A stretch of 62,305 nt of DNA, counting the filler, from Stramenopiles sp. TOSAG23-2 (lineage: Eukaryota), in the NCBI GenBank assembly GCA_900128395.1. It is 4 parts of 4 records of this genome, joined end to end, with 100 filler letters (N's around TTAATTAATTAA, not from the genome) between each part and the next. Parts side by side here need not be neighbours in the genome. Positions count along the whole stretch, not along the records: positions 15,683 to 31,168 come from LT649705.1; positions 31,269 to 46,752 come from LT649706.1; 2 more parts are not named here. One strand, written 5' to 3'. A program made the position numbers and the translations under genes. Numbering within the stretch: the stretch's first letter is position 1; the number at the start of each line of letters is the position of its first letter. The notes under the pieces were generated by a model. It worked only from the letters and a program-made list of their open reading frames with translations, made no database searches and was not told the DNA's origin. Shown here piece by piece: positions 28,451 to 38,939 of the stretch.

Positions 28451-30856
28451 TTAACATGCTGATAAAAGACCATCTTCAATTATACGACGTAGGGCACCTA
28501 ATGTGGACAAACGTTTCATATCTGGTAATGGATCTTTCTTCACTTCTGGAACAGGTTCAGCTGTTTTTGCTTCTTCGCTTTTTTCACCATCTTCTTCAGG
28601 TGGGGCCTCTTTTTCATCCTCTTCGTTTTTCTTGGCTTCTTCCTCTTTTGCTTTTTCCGCTTCATCGTATTTTTCTTTTTCTAAACGTTTTTCATGCCAA
28701 ACATATGCCACTCGTGCTAAATTTTCAATAAATTCATGAAATAATAACTCATAATCAAAATTAGATTCATCATCATTCTCATCAAAATCTTCGTTTACAT
28801 TTAACACATCGCCACTACCAGCAATAACTTCATTTTCCATATTTGTTTCTGGTTGATTTCTTGTTACTGGCGATGTATATCTTGATTTCAAATATATTTG
28901 AGATGCAACAGTTATAGACATTGTACCAAGTTTACGTGTATCCACTTTTGTTTCAACTACAGCTGTCTCGCCGTCTTCTCCTACTTCTTCCGTATTTGAC
29001 TCTACTACTTTCTCTTCCTCGGCTTCACTACTACTACTATTACTACTGTTATAAACGATATTACACTTTTGCAACATTTTTACAAAATCACGTACGTACA
29101 TTGTTTTATCAGCTTCTTTCAAATCATCACCATTATGTGAATATTGATTAAAAACTTTCTTTAAAAAGTCATCATATTTACTTAACAATGCTTTCATTTT
29201 TTTCGATGGGTTCCTAACTTTGCCTTCAATATCATCTCGTGGCTCTTCTTTCTCACTTGGTGTTCGTTCACGGCCTACTTTCGTGCTTAATAAATATTGC
29301 AATTGCTCAGACAACAATGGTTTCACATCTTCATACAAGCGGCTTGCAATCCTAGCTAAAACTTCCACAAATTCACGGAACAAAATTGGATGCTCCGGTC
29401 CATGTATATCCTTTTCCTCTTCTAAATACATTGAATCTGGTGCCATGGGTACCATATTTTCAGAAACACCTCGTTCACTAGCTTCTCTTCTTCTACGTGC
29501 AAGTACAACTGCAGATGCTAATTGTATTCTTGTCTCATGGAAACAACGATCGATTAAACTAGGTGGCAAACTACGTTGAATCAAATCACAATCGCGACAA
29601 AATCGCCAGAATTGTGCTAAACTCATTGTAAATGTATTAGGAGCATGTGGTGCATCTGTTACTTTAGTTGCATAATCATTGTATATACGTTTTAAATCAG
29701 TATTCCATCTCATGATGACATTATCCACAGCACGCCTCTCCTTCAATAGATCGCGCGGGGCCATATTTGGCATCAAGTCACCTATATTCAACTGCACATT
29801 TCTAGATGTTCCAGCAAGTACGTTAGATCCATTATTAAATTTACTTGATTTACTTTTCTTTGATCCTTTCATAGGTGATTTCACTGGACCTTTTGTTGGA
29901 CTTTTCTCTTCTAATGACACATCGTTATATGCCATGCGATCTTCTTTAAACGGCCCTTCGTATACTCTACCATCTGGAAATGAATAAACGCCATGTCCAT
30001 GTTTTAAATTTTCTTTAAATTGACCGTGATATCGTGATCCATTGGCAAAGTAGAAAAATCCATTTCCATGTCTTAAACCATTTTGGAACTCTCCGACATA
30101 ACGATTACACATTTGACGCTCAGTTAATGCAAATGCATCACTAGTACCAATCCATACATGTTCCCCTTTCCCATCAGGTTTATCATCTTTCCATGTACCG
30201 TCGTATACTTCACTTAATGAATTCCAGACCATTTTTCCAGATCCATTTTTTTCATCGTTTTCCCATTCACCTTCATACACGTTACCACTTGCATATATAA
30301 TAATACCTTTTCCACTACGTTTCCCTTTTAACCACCCTCCGGCATATTTGGAACTTTTATCTTCATTATAATATATGACACCTTGCCCGTTACGCTTGCC
30401 ATTTTCCCACTGACCTTCGTATACAGATGGTACTGCAGTCAGTTGCATCGTTCCAGTGCCGTGTCGGATACCACGTACAACGTCACCAACATATGTACTA
30501 CCGTCACTCCAAGTATATGTACCTTTTCCCGTCATTTCATTTTTATCAAAGTCTCCGTCATATATTGTCCCATCAATCCAAGTATAAATACCTTTACCGT
30601 GCATTACACCATTTGACCATTCTCCAGAATAGGAGTTGCCTCCACGAAATATAGCTTTTCCAGTTCCAACATAACGCATTTTATTGTCCACATTCTCACC
30701 GTCAAAGCTTTCAATAATACAGGCAGTTAACTTTGGTTCAATCGTTTTGCCTATATCATTTGCAGGGTCGACTGGGATTATATTTTTTCCATCTTCCGTT
30801 TTATTTGGATCCTGCACAGGTGCATTTTTCTTCTTTTGATGGTGCTTTGACGACAT
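28451..30856 (-). CDS. RSPH10B: Radial spoke head 10 homolog B-like MORN-repeat protein (801 aa)
   Basis: About 10 MORN repeats (Y.G.W.NG..HG.G), including the characteristic HVWI...QMCNRYVGEF insert; C-terminal FTMSLAQFWRF.RDC and ILFREFVE.L motifs. Confidence 0.88.
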   Translation of the reverse strand: MSSKHHQKKKNAPVQDPNKTEDGKNIIPVDPANDIGKTIEPKLTACIIESFDGENVDNKMRYVGTGKAIFRGGNSYSGEWSNGVMHGKGIYTWIDGTIYDGDFDKNEMTGKGTYTWSDGSTYVGDVVRGIRHGTGTMQLTAVPSVYEGQWENGKRNGQGVIYYNEDKSSKYAGGWLKGKRSGKGIIIYASGNVYEGEWENDEKNGSGKMVWNSLSEVYDGTWKDDKPDGKGEHVWIGTSDAFALTERQMCNRYVGEFQNGLRHGNGFFYFANGSRYHGQFKENLKHGHGVYSFPDGRVYEGPFKEDRMAYNDVSLEEKSPTKGPVKSPMKGSKKSKSSKFNNGSNVLAGTSRNVQLNIGDLMPNMAPRDLLKERRAVDNVIMRWNTDLKRIYNDYATKVTDAPHAPNTFTMSLAQFWRFCRDCDLIQRSLPPSLIDRCFHETRIQLASAVVLARRRREASERGVSENMVPMAPDSMYLEEEKDIHGPEHPILFREFVEVLARIASRLYEDVKPLLSEQLQYLLSTKVGRERTPSEKEEPRDDIEGKVRNPSKKMKALLSKYDDFLKKVFNQYSHNGDDLKEADKTMYVRDFVKMLQKCNIVYNSSNSSSSEAEEEKVVESNTEEVGEDGETAVVETKVDTRKLGTMSITVASQIYLKSRYTSPVTRNQPETNMENEVIAGSGDVLNVNEDFDENDDESNFDYELLFHEFIENLARVAYVWHEKRLEKEKYDEAEKAKEEEAKKNEEDEKEAPPEEDGEKSEEAKTAEPVPEVKKDPLPDMKRLSTLGALRRIIEDGLLSAC

Positions 30857-30862
30857 TGTAAC

Positions 30863-30951
30863 TAAAATATTTACTCGAGCTTCTATACTATCGTAAAGGT
30901 AATATAAATAAAATATTTACTCGTGATTATCTATAATATCGTAAAGGTAAT
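30863..30951. repeat. Imperfect ~42-bp direct repeat immediately upstream of the RSPH10B start
   Basis: TAAAATATTTACTCG...TCTATA.TATCGTAAAGGTAAT at 30863-30903 and 30909-30951. Confidence 0.85.
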
Positions 30952-31168
30952 CTCTTCCTTTTATACTTTTTTAATTTGTTGATCGTGTAATTTCTTTTTC
31001 TACAAATAACGATAATATTTATTATTTATTATTATTATTGCAAAATATTTCTATGTTGAAAGAAGAAACGGCTACATCATGGCTATACATTTGTACATCG
31101 TACATCATGATAATGATCAATTATAAGTATAATAACACTACATACCATTACATCGCGCATATTTTAAA

Positions 31169-31268
31169 NNNNNNNNNNNNNNNNNNNNNNNNNNNNNNNN
31201 NNNNNNNNNNNNTTAATTAATTAANNNNNNNNNNNNNNNNNNNNNNNNNNNNNNNNNNNNNNNNNNNN
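31169..31268. other. Artificial contig-joining spacer
   Basis: N44-TTAATTAATTAA-N44. Confidence 0.99.
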
Positions 31269-31548
31269 ACCACCGATGCTACTGCAGCGATAACTAATAC
31301 AACGACGAACAATACATAGAGAGAGATATTTGAAAAAAAATAAATAAAATATTTTTTTTGTTACGTTCGTATGTACGACTCGTAACATTAGATATATTAT
31401 ATCTATCTATATAATACATTTTAACATTTTTTTTTAAATAAAGGAAAGGGAAAACAAAAAATTCGTACGGCGAACGTATGTTCGGTTTATTAATCATTAA
31501 TTTAATATTTTAAAAATGTCCCCCTTTCTCTTTTCTCTTTTTTTTTTT

Positions 31549-34500
31549 TTAAGCATGTTCACCATTTATTTTTCTGGCCTTCGTTCTTCGCTTCTTCTTT
31601 TTCTTATCAATATCTTGGCGTTTTCGACGCCTTTGTTGATGTTGTTGCATTGATCGATTCTCTGATTTCCGCTTTGCAATTTCAAACGAATAATTAGCCT
31701 TTTCATAATCCGAAAATGCAAATAATGCAGAAGACTTTTTAGCACCACCATCATTATCATTATGTTTATTGTAATTTTTCATGCTATGATTCTTATTGAC
31801 ACTAGAAAATACGTTCTCAAAAAAAACTCGAAAGTAATCTATATCTTCCTTTGATTCTTGGATGCTTAAGAAGTAAGGAACGATACTTTTAATATGTTCT
31901 ATTAATATATCGGACGTGCCCAATTTTTTTTGAAAAACAGATATAATTGATAGCTTCAATGTATTCGATTGTTGTATCTGATGTAATTTGACAATCGTTT
32001 TTAATATATATAGTATAAAAACTTTATCTTCAATTACGTGATAGTCAGCAAAGGATAGGCCACTTGAGGAGATCCCATTTTTAATTAAAAGCATTAATTT
32101 TTCCATATTTAGCAATAATTCTTTTCTTTCTGTTTCTAAATTTTGTGAATCAACATTACCACTTCCAACAAAGTCATTATTATTGATATAAGTAGAATTT
32201 AAATGGACCAATAATAAACCAGCATTTACAGATTCAATTATGGTACAAATGGATTTGTCAAAAATTAATTTCTTTTCACGATCTAAAGTATCAATGATCT
32301 GCATTTTAAATTGCTTTGAACGTTTCAATTCAATCAAGGTATCCAATAACCAAGAATTCTCCCCTCTAAGTTGAGATTCATGTGACCGCAACATGTACAA
32401 TAAACTTCTAGGTGGACGAACATCGTGACTAGTGGCATTGTTTCTAATATTTCCATCTCGACTAAATATTTGCATGTTTACACGACAAAATGCAACTATA
32501 ATGGATATAAAAAGAGTTTTTACATTACATAATAAATTTGATGAATTTGAGTTGATGATCATATTCCATATATTATCTCGATGTTCTATATTAAAATCAT
32601 TGTAATTCAAACCATCAGCATCGATTAGAGTCAAATGTGTTTCCCAATATGACAGTATACCAATGGTCGGAAGGTGGATTTGCCTCTTTGTAATTTTAAA
32701 TTTTGTCATTATAGTATCATCAATCATAGATAATGGCGCATTACATATTTTTGGTGTTACAGTACCATGAACATTACCACTGTTATCATATCCCAAACTA
32801 AATATTTCATCCCAAATAGAACACCAAAGACATTCTTTGTGAGTTTCCGGACTAACGTCAGCAGTTGTGTTAAGATCGTTACTTTTAATAGTATCAGCAG
32901 GCATAATTTCATTATTGACATTTGACCAAAATTCTATCCATTGAGGCGCTTTTACCAGATCAGTGCAGTGTGAAAATATCCAAAATAAGCGAGCTTGTAT
33001 CCACGATGTTCCTAGCAAAGGTGGAGTTACATTAGTTCCCGTCCCCCTATCATTCTTACTCAAATACAAAATTGATTGGAAAATTAACGATTCGAAAATC
33101 TTATCGTTTACATCATTGAACAAAATTGTCTCACTAATATTTCTATTAAATATATTAGCATGTTGTACAACATGATTTGGAAAGTGCTTCAAAACGCGTA
33201 TTGCTGAGTAGATCATTTGATGACCCGTACGTTTTGGAGTTATTTGTTTTAAACCGTTAGTACTTCCAAGATTCAGTAATAATTTTTTCATTGCTTTAAA
33301 AATTAAAGACAAGTCAATATATTCATTGAAGTCCTGAAAGACGGAACAAATATCATTCAGTGAAATCATATCTGGACAATCTAATGCTGCTCTAAACAAC
33401 GTTTCGCTAATAGACATAATATTTGGAATTTTATCACGGAATAAAGCACTAAAGTAATCATTTAATTTTCGTTTTTTCGCAGCTGACAATAGGACTTTAA
33501 TGTCTACTGCTGTAAAATAGCCTTGCAGAGCTTCCGCCCCAACAACATGCCACTTCACTAAATCATTAAGTAATCGGATTAAAAGCAATCTTTTTCCATT
33601 TTCATCGTCTGAAGTTTTACGTGAAGATACAAGATTTCTTAAATGATTCTGCAATTTACGCCCTTCCCCAGCATTTAATCCCTTATAAAAATTATATGCT
33701 TTTGAAGGTTGCTCTGTATACAACAGCATCAATTTATCCACTGTACTTATATTGTTATCTATTGTTTTGTCGTTGGAAATGGTATCATGTTGCTTGTTGT
33801 TGCATATTGCTACTTGTTCACTCCTGCTCCCATGCTTATTCGATTCCAAAATAAAGCTCGAATTAAACAACATTTGTAATGTACTTTTCCATTTTGTATA
33901 TAAATCACGCGATGACGCGATAACAATTGGCAGTGAAACATTTTCTATGCTAGAAAACGTAAGGGATATTTCAATGTAACTCTTCTTCAATAAATTATTA
34001 AAAACGACTTTAAAATTGTCATCGTCTATTAAATTATTTAAGTCATACATATTAATTGCTCCAAATGTTGCAACACTAGCATTATTATTCTTAGCAAAAA
34101 TTATCAGGGTTGCAAGCGTATTTTTGAAACAATTCCAGTGCGTAGCCATAGCGGATGATGGTAAAGATGACATGGATTGATGTACATCAATATCATAAAT
34201 ACATACCGTAGAAATGTCATGGTGATCCGTTTGAAATAAATCAAACAACAAAGATACATGTAGACAAGTTGCAAGTTCAGCACTAAGATTACCCATACTA
34301 TTATTTTCAGACGAAAGATATTTTTTATTATCATGAACTTGCGTATAATTAAAATATGCTTTAATCGTTTCAACATAAAATTCTTTATCAAAATATTGAA
34401 ATAATTCATTCTTACTACCAGTATTATAGCTTCCATCAAATTTTATATACAGATGAAGATGTAAGATGTGTAAACAAATTGATCTTAAATTATATTGAAA

Positions 34501-35553
34501 TTTTCTACATTCAGACGTCGTATTTTCATGAATATACTGAACTACTAATGTTGCAATTTCCTCACTGTTCCGATTCTCATCATTACTGTAAAATTGTTTT
34601 GGTAATATTGTCATTGTCTCATTTTTCTTTTTGGAACATACGTTTAAATAAATGCTTTTAAAATCATTATTTATTCCTATTTTTTGAAGTGAACACAAAA
34701 TATTTTGTGCAGATGATGTTACCAATTCAAAAAAAGAATTATAGATAACTTCATTGTAATATATTTTCTTCAATTCTGTTGATAATGTTGACATGAAAGT
34801 AAGTACTTCGACAAGTGTTGAGGAATGCCCATCTCCATTGCTATAACTACTATTACTTTTTTTTAGACGATTATGTAATGTAATATACGTAGACTGGATA
34901 CTTATATAAGTCAAAAAGGAAAAATGTCTATTATTTGATTGTCGTATCGACGTAAATTTCGGACTATTGAAAAGAATGACTTTTAGCATTGAAATAGAAT
35001 ATTTAATTTTCATTTGTAATTCACTATCATTTGTTACGATGGAACCTAAGATAATGTTTTCAATGTAATACTTCAGTACAACTAAGTATGATACATAAAA
35101 ACTTTCACTTGCTTCATAGCGTGATAGCAAAACATTATATATTTCGAATATATTGACAAAATCATTAAACATAAATTGATGGAAAAATGTACCAATAGCA
35201 TTATCAAATATATCTTTTGATTTCACGGAATAGACAAGAAGATGCAAAATATCAAAAAGGCTATCTGCACTTGCGGAAAATGGTACTGCTTGTTCCGCTT
35301 TTTTTGACCCTGATGCACTATTCGTCTGCCCACCAGAGTTTATGCAATCCTTAGATTCACGTTTCATATACTTTACAACCGTCTCAGATATTACCACTCG
35401 TAATATTTGATGTTTTTTACATAATTGACTTATTACATTCGTTCGATTGTTATTATTATTAACATCATCACCTTTTTGTCTACCACCATATGAGGCAGAA
35501 TGTAACAAATTATATGTTACATATTGTCTTGCAAGCCTGTATAGTTTATCCAT
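31549..35553 (-). CDS. Large hypothetical alpha-helical protein with basic C-terminal NLS-like tail (1334 aa)
   Basis: 4-kb uninterrupted ORF ending in RRRKRQDIDKKKKKRR; no family recognised. Confidence 0.8.
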   Translation of the reverse strand: MDKLYRLARQYVTYNLLHSASYGGRQKGDDVNNNNNRTNVISQLCKKHQILRVVISETVVKYMKRESKDCINSGGQTNSASGSKKAEQAVPFSASADSLFDILHLLVYSVKSKDIFDNAIGTFFHQFMFNDFVNIFEIYNVLLSRYEASESFYVSYLVVLKYYIENIILGSIVTNDSELQMKIKYSISMLKVILFNSPKFTSIRQSNNRHFSFLTYISIQSTYITLHNRLKKSNSSYSNGDGHSSTLVEVLTFMSTLSTELKKIYYNEVIYNSFFELVTSSAQNILCSLQKIGINNDFKSIYLNVCSKKKNETMTILPKQFYSNDENRNSEEIATLVVQYIHENTTSECRKFQYNLRSICLHILHLHLYIKFDGSYNTGSKNELFQYFDKEFYVETIKAYFNYTQVHDNKKYLSSENNSMGNLSAELATCLHVSLLFDLFQTDHHDISTVCIYDIDVHQSMSSLPSSAMATHWNCFKNTLATLIIFAKNNNASVATFGAINMYDLNNLIDDDNFKVVFNNLLKKSYIEISLTFSSIENVSLPIVIASSRDLYTKWKSTLQMLFNSSFILESNKHGSRSEQVAICNNKQHDTISNDKTIDNNISTVDKLMLLYTEQPSKAYNFYKGLNAGEGRKLQNHLRNLVSSRKTSDDENGKRLLLIRLLNDLVKWHVVGAEALQGYFTAVDIKVLLSAAKKRKLNDYFSALFRDKIPNIMSISETLFRAALDCPDMISLNDICSVFQDFNEYIDLSLIFKAMKKLLLNLGSTNGLKQITPKRTGHQMIYSAIRVLKHFPNHVVQHANIFNRNISETILFNDVNDKIFESLIFQSILYLSKNDRGTGTNVTPPLLGTSWIQARLFWIFSHCTDLVKAPQWIEFWSNVNNEIMPADTIKSNDLNTTADVSPETHKECLWCSIWDEIFSLGYDNSGNVHGTVTPKICNAPLSMIDDTIMTKFKITKRQIHLPTIGILSYWETHLTLIDADGLNYNDFNIEHRDNIWNMIINSNSSNLLCNVKTLFISIIVAFCRVNMQIFSRDGNIRNNATSHDVRPPRSLLYMLRSHESQLRGENSWLLDTLIELKRSKQFKMQIIDTLDREKKLIFDKSICTIIESVNAGLLLVHLNSTYINNNDFVGSGNVDSQNLETERKELLLNMEKLMLLIKNGISSSGLSFADYHVIEDKVFILYILKTIVKLHQIQQSNTLKLSIISVFQKKLGTSDILIEHIKSIVPYFLSIQESKEDIDYFRVFFENVFSSVNKNHSMKNYNKHNDNDGGAKKSSALFAFSDYEKANYSFEIAKRKSENRSMQQHQQRRRKRQDIDKKKKKRRTKARKINGEHA

Positions 35554-35740
35554 CCTGTTCTATTATGTACAAAAATAATTAAAGCAAAAGCAAAATCAAT
35601 AGGATAAAAACAAATAAAGAAAGAAAAAAAGCACCAATTGCATCTAGTGGTTCAAAGTGTATACTATACATATGTTTTAATTTTTTAGATTTTTGTTGGA
35701 TATTTAAAAATTACCTGCCTGGCCTGGGCATCCATCCAAC

Positions 35741-35782
35741 GCAAGCCCAGCAAGCCCGGCATGCCCAGCATGCTGGGCATGC
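35741..35782. promoter_or_regulatory. 24-bp perfect palindrome with 9-mer tandem copies in a divergent intergenic region
   Basis: GCATGCCCAGCATGCTGGGCATGC (35759-35782) is preceded by GCAAGCCCA GCAAGCCCG. It lies between start codons at 35553 (-) and 36153 (+). Function is inferred. Confidence 0.5.
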
Positions 35783-36152
35783 AAGGTGCCAAAACCACCT
35801 GGAAGAAAATATTTTTTCAAAAAAAAACAACCACCCCAGTATGACAATAGCACAATAAAAGTGCACCAGTATTATAAAAACACCCAAAGTATAGAGTGTA
35901 CCTGGTAGTATAGACTAGCTATTTTTTCTCGAGAAGGAACTACCGGTAGTGTGCTAATAACGAAAAAATGAATAATAGTGGTGCAATAATTTCTTCCTGA
36001 ATATATAATAATAAATAGAAAGTATCCTCTGTCTGTCGTCTGTTTGTTGGTGTGTTTTAGTTTGTAAGAGATAACAAATAGAATCTAATAAAGATGGAAT
36101 AATTATAATAGTATAATATAATATAGTTGATTTAAGCGAAGATTTATTTAAC

Positions 36153-37157
36153 ATGGGAGGTAACAAAACGGATAAGAAAAAAAAAATTGCAAAAGAAGAT
36201 AAAAGACCTATTCTGGATGATGGTTTAAATAAATGGTGGTTTGTATCGAGTGATGGTTGCGGTATAACTTGTATGGTTATTACAATCGGACTGCATATTT
36301 TTAGTTACTGGGCACAGTGGAAATACATTTATGTGCCATGGATTGGCGTTTATTCATGGCAAAATGCTGTCTATACGTTTTTCACCGTATTGGCAGTTTA
36401 TAGCCATACAAAATGTCAATTTACGGCACCAGGGGCTGTTCCAAAAAATTGCAAAGCACCTAAACTAGTAGAAGGTATTGATGAAGGCAACGAAGATATA
36501 CGAAAATATTTATATTTAAGACGTAAATATGTGAGCAAAAGATTGATGATCAAACCAACAACTGGACATTATTGCAGCGAAATAGAAATGGTTGTTATAA
36601 AGATGGATCATTATTGCCCGTGGGTTAATAATGTAGTTGGTTTATTTACGCAAAAATATTTTTTGCTTTTTGTATTTTATACATGTCTTTGCACACTTTG
36701 GGTGGCAATTATGTTAGGTGCACGAGTTTACAAATGCACTTATGGTAACCAACCAAGAAAATTTTCAGGATGGGATAAGCCACAAAATGTACAAGTTGCA
36801 GTTTGTGAAGTTAGCCAATGGGACATGATAACATGTGCCGCAAATGCAGTTGAATCATTAATCTTTTGTATATTTACTATTGCAATGGGTTGTGATCAAT
36901 ATGAAGCAATTGGGGAAAATACACCTTATATAGACCGGTTACAAAAAAAAAAAGGTAAAGAACAACACATTTATTTAACAACATGCGAAGTGTTTGGGGA
37001 AGATTTTTCTTGGCGCTGGTTTTTTCCTTTTGCACCAACAAAACAATTAACGGATCAATTCCAACAAATGTGTTACGATACACTTCATATATTAAATCAA
37101 GCTGACAAAGCAGTAAAAGTACTTGTTAAGGAAAACCAGAGAAAGGAAAAAGCATAA
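36153..37157 (+). CDS. DHHC-family palmitoyltransferase (ZDHHC3/7-like, DHYC variant), 334 aa
   Basis: DGCGI.C N-terminal motif, T.PGAVP, KMDHYCPWVNN.VG..TQKYFLLF, four TM segments, and C-terminal EVFG...WRWFFP. Confidence 0.9.
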   Translation: MGGNKTDKKKKIAKEDKRPILDDGLNKWWFVSSDGCGITCMVITIGLHIFSYWAQWKYIYVPWIGVYSWQNAVYTFFTVLAVYSHTKCQFTAPGAVPKNCKAPKLVEGIDEGNEDIRKYLYLRRKYVSKRLMIKPTTGHYCSEIEMVVIKMDHYCPWVNNVVGLFTQKYFLLFVFYTCLCTLWVAIMLGARVYKCTYGNQPRKFSGWDKPQNVQVAVCEVSQWDMITCAANAVESLIFCIFTIAMGCDQYEAIGENTPYIDRLQKKKGKEQHIYLTTCEVFGEDFSWRWFFPFAPTKQLTDQFQQMCYDTLHILNQADKAVKVLVKENQRKEKA

Positions 37158-37344
37158 ACAAAAATAAGAAAAACTGTTTTATATTTTTTAATAAAATAAA
37201 AAATATATATACGAATATATATTTATAAAATATTAAAAATGATGCGCGGTAGAGAGAAAGAGTGTGTTTGTAGTTGTTGTTATATCAGATATACGGCTGA
37301 AAGTCATACATAAAGTGTGTAATTTCTCTCTCTCTCCTCAAAAA

Positions 37345-37373
37345 AGGAATTATCATGAGTAAATTTAAAAAAT
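37345..37373 (-). repeat. Dispersed repeat module A, core fragment
   Basis: AGGAATTATCATGAGTAAATT is identical to 28263-28283. Confidence 0.7.
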
Positions 37374-37619
37374 ATAAAGTTAATATTTTATTAATATTTA
37401 AAAAAATATAATATTAAATATTATATAATATGCATTTTTATACGAGTTCGTACGAAGTTTATATATAAAAAACTAAAAAAAATATATTTTACTAATTTGA
37501 CACAAAAATATTTTTTAATCTCTAAAATCTACAAACAATATTTATTATTACTATAATAACAAAGACCTATTTACAAAAATACAAACCAATATGATAGAAT
37601 TGTATTAATACGTATATTA

Positions 37620-38900
37620 TTACCCAGATCCATCGGATCCAAACTGTGCAGTCCATTTTTCAAATCGTACCAATTCTGATGGTGAAACAGTTGCACCACC
37701 ACCACGCCCGATAATAGTTTGAAAATCTTGAAGGACGACATCAGGACATTTTAGTTCTTCTGAACCAATATCCATTAATGTTTTCTTCTCCGCTTTTCGA
37801 TCATTTGCCTTGCATGGCATATAAAAATATCCATTTACACCTTCTGAATCGTTCACTTTTTTAAAGTGTGTTGCTATTTGACATTGTCGCAATGGTTCCA
37901 TCAATGCCTCCCGGACAACAACAGATAAATCAGAACCTGAGTATCCATCCGTATCATCAGCTAAATTATTAAAATCATCTTCAAGAAGGTTGTTTGGTGT
38001 ATCTCCTAAATGCAATTTCATCATGTACGACCTTGCTTTTCTATCTGGCAAGGAAATATATATCCTTTTCTCAAACCTACGTCTCATAGCTGGATCCAAT
38101 TCCCAAGGTACATTTGTAGCACCCAATACCAGTATACCATCATGTGATTTACCAACACCTTGCATTTGTACAAGAAATTCAGTTTTAATACGACGAGCTG
38201 ATTCACTTTCACCTTCCCCACGTGCACTACACAATGAATCAATCTCATCGATGAAAATGATAGATGGTTTCTTCTCCCTTGCCATTTCAAACAACGTTTT
38301 AATTAATTTTTCACTTTCACCTACGTATTTAGACACCAAGTCAGCAGAAGAAACGGAAAAAAATGTTGAATCTGCTTCAGTTGCAACTGCTTTTGCTAAA
38401 TACGATTTACCAGTACCTGGTGGTCCATACAACAATATACCTTTCCAAGGCCTGCGTTTCCCAGTAAATAATTGAGGAAAACGCGCTGGTAAAATAACAG
38501 CTTCTTTCAAGGATGTTTTAGCTCCTTCTAGTCCTGCCACGTCGTCCCATTTCACATTTGGTTTGTCTTGTATTATAGAACTCATTAAAGAGTCGTGTAA
38601 CTTATCTTTTTCTTTATCCTCTTCATCACCATTTGCTGATGCTCTTCGTTTCTTTTTCGGTTTGTTCCCTTCATCAATAATTTTCTTAATTTGCTCTGCA
38701 CGATCCATGTATCCTTTCACGCGCAATGTTATCATTTCTTTCGCCTTTGCATTTTTTTCATATTTAATATGGTGCATAAAATATTCTAAAGCCCTATTGT
38801 ATAATCCTAACGCTTTTTCCCAGTTGGATTCTTGATCTTCACGTATTGCTTCACCTACAATATCTATAGCTTTTTGCAAGGATGCATTATGATTTGACAT
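37620..38900 (-). CDS. VPS4: Vacuolar protein sorting 4 AAA-ATPase (426 aa)
   Basis: N-terminal MIT domain, KPNVKWDDVAGL, GILLYGPPGTGKSYLAKAVATEA, IIFIDEIDSLC, RRIKTEFLVQMQGVG, RRRFEKRIYI, C-terminal WTAQFG. Confidence 0.98.
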   Translation of the reverse strand: MSNHNASLQKAIDIVGEAIREDQESNWEKALGLYNRALEYFMHHIKYEKNAKAKEMITLRVKGYMDRAEQIKKIIDEGNKPKKKRRASANGDEEDKEKDKLHDSLMSSIIQDKPNVKWDDVAGLEGAKTSLKEAVILPARFPQLFTGKRRPWKGILLYGPPGTGKSYLAKAVATEADSTFFSVSSADLVSKYVGESEKLIKTLFEMAREKKPSIIFIDEIDSLCSARGEGESESARRIKTEFLVQMQGVGKSHDGILVLGATNVPWELDPAMRRRFEKRIYISLPDRKARSYMMKLHLGDTPNNLLEDDFNNLADDTDGYSGSDLSVVVREALMEPLRQCQIATHFKKVNDSEGVNGYFYMPCKANDRKAEKKTLMDIGSEELKCPDVVLQDFQTIIGRGGGATVSPSELVRFEKWTAQFGSDGSG

Positions 38901-38939
38901 ATTTTATACTAATATTAGACCTGTATTTATGTAAATATA

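Noticed and set aside
19987-30856. Cilia/microtubule gene cluster on contig 2 (p25-SAS6 fusion, MTBD protein, RSPH10B)
   Set aside because: Interrupted by unrelated metabolic genes, and ciliary genes are numerous in flagellates. Co-location is not supported as meaningful without synteny data.
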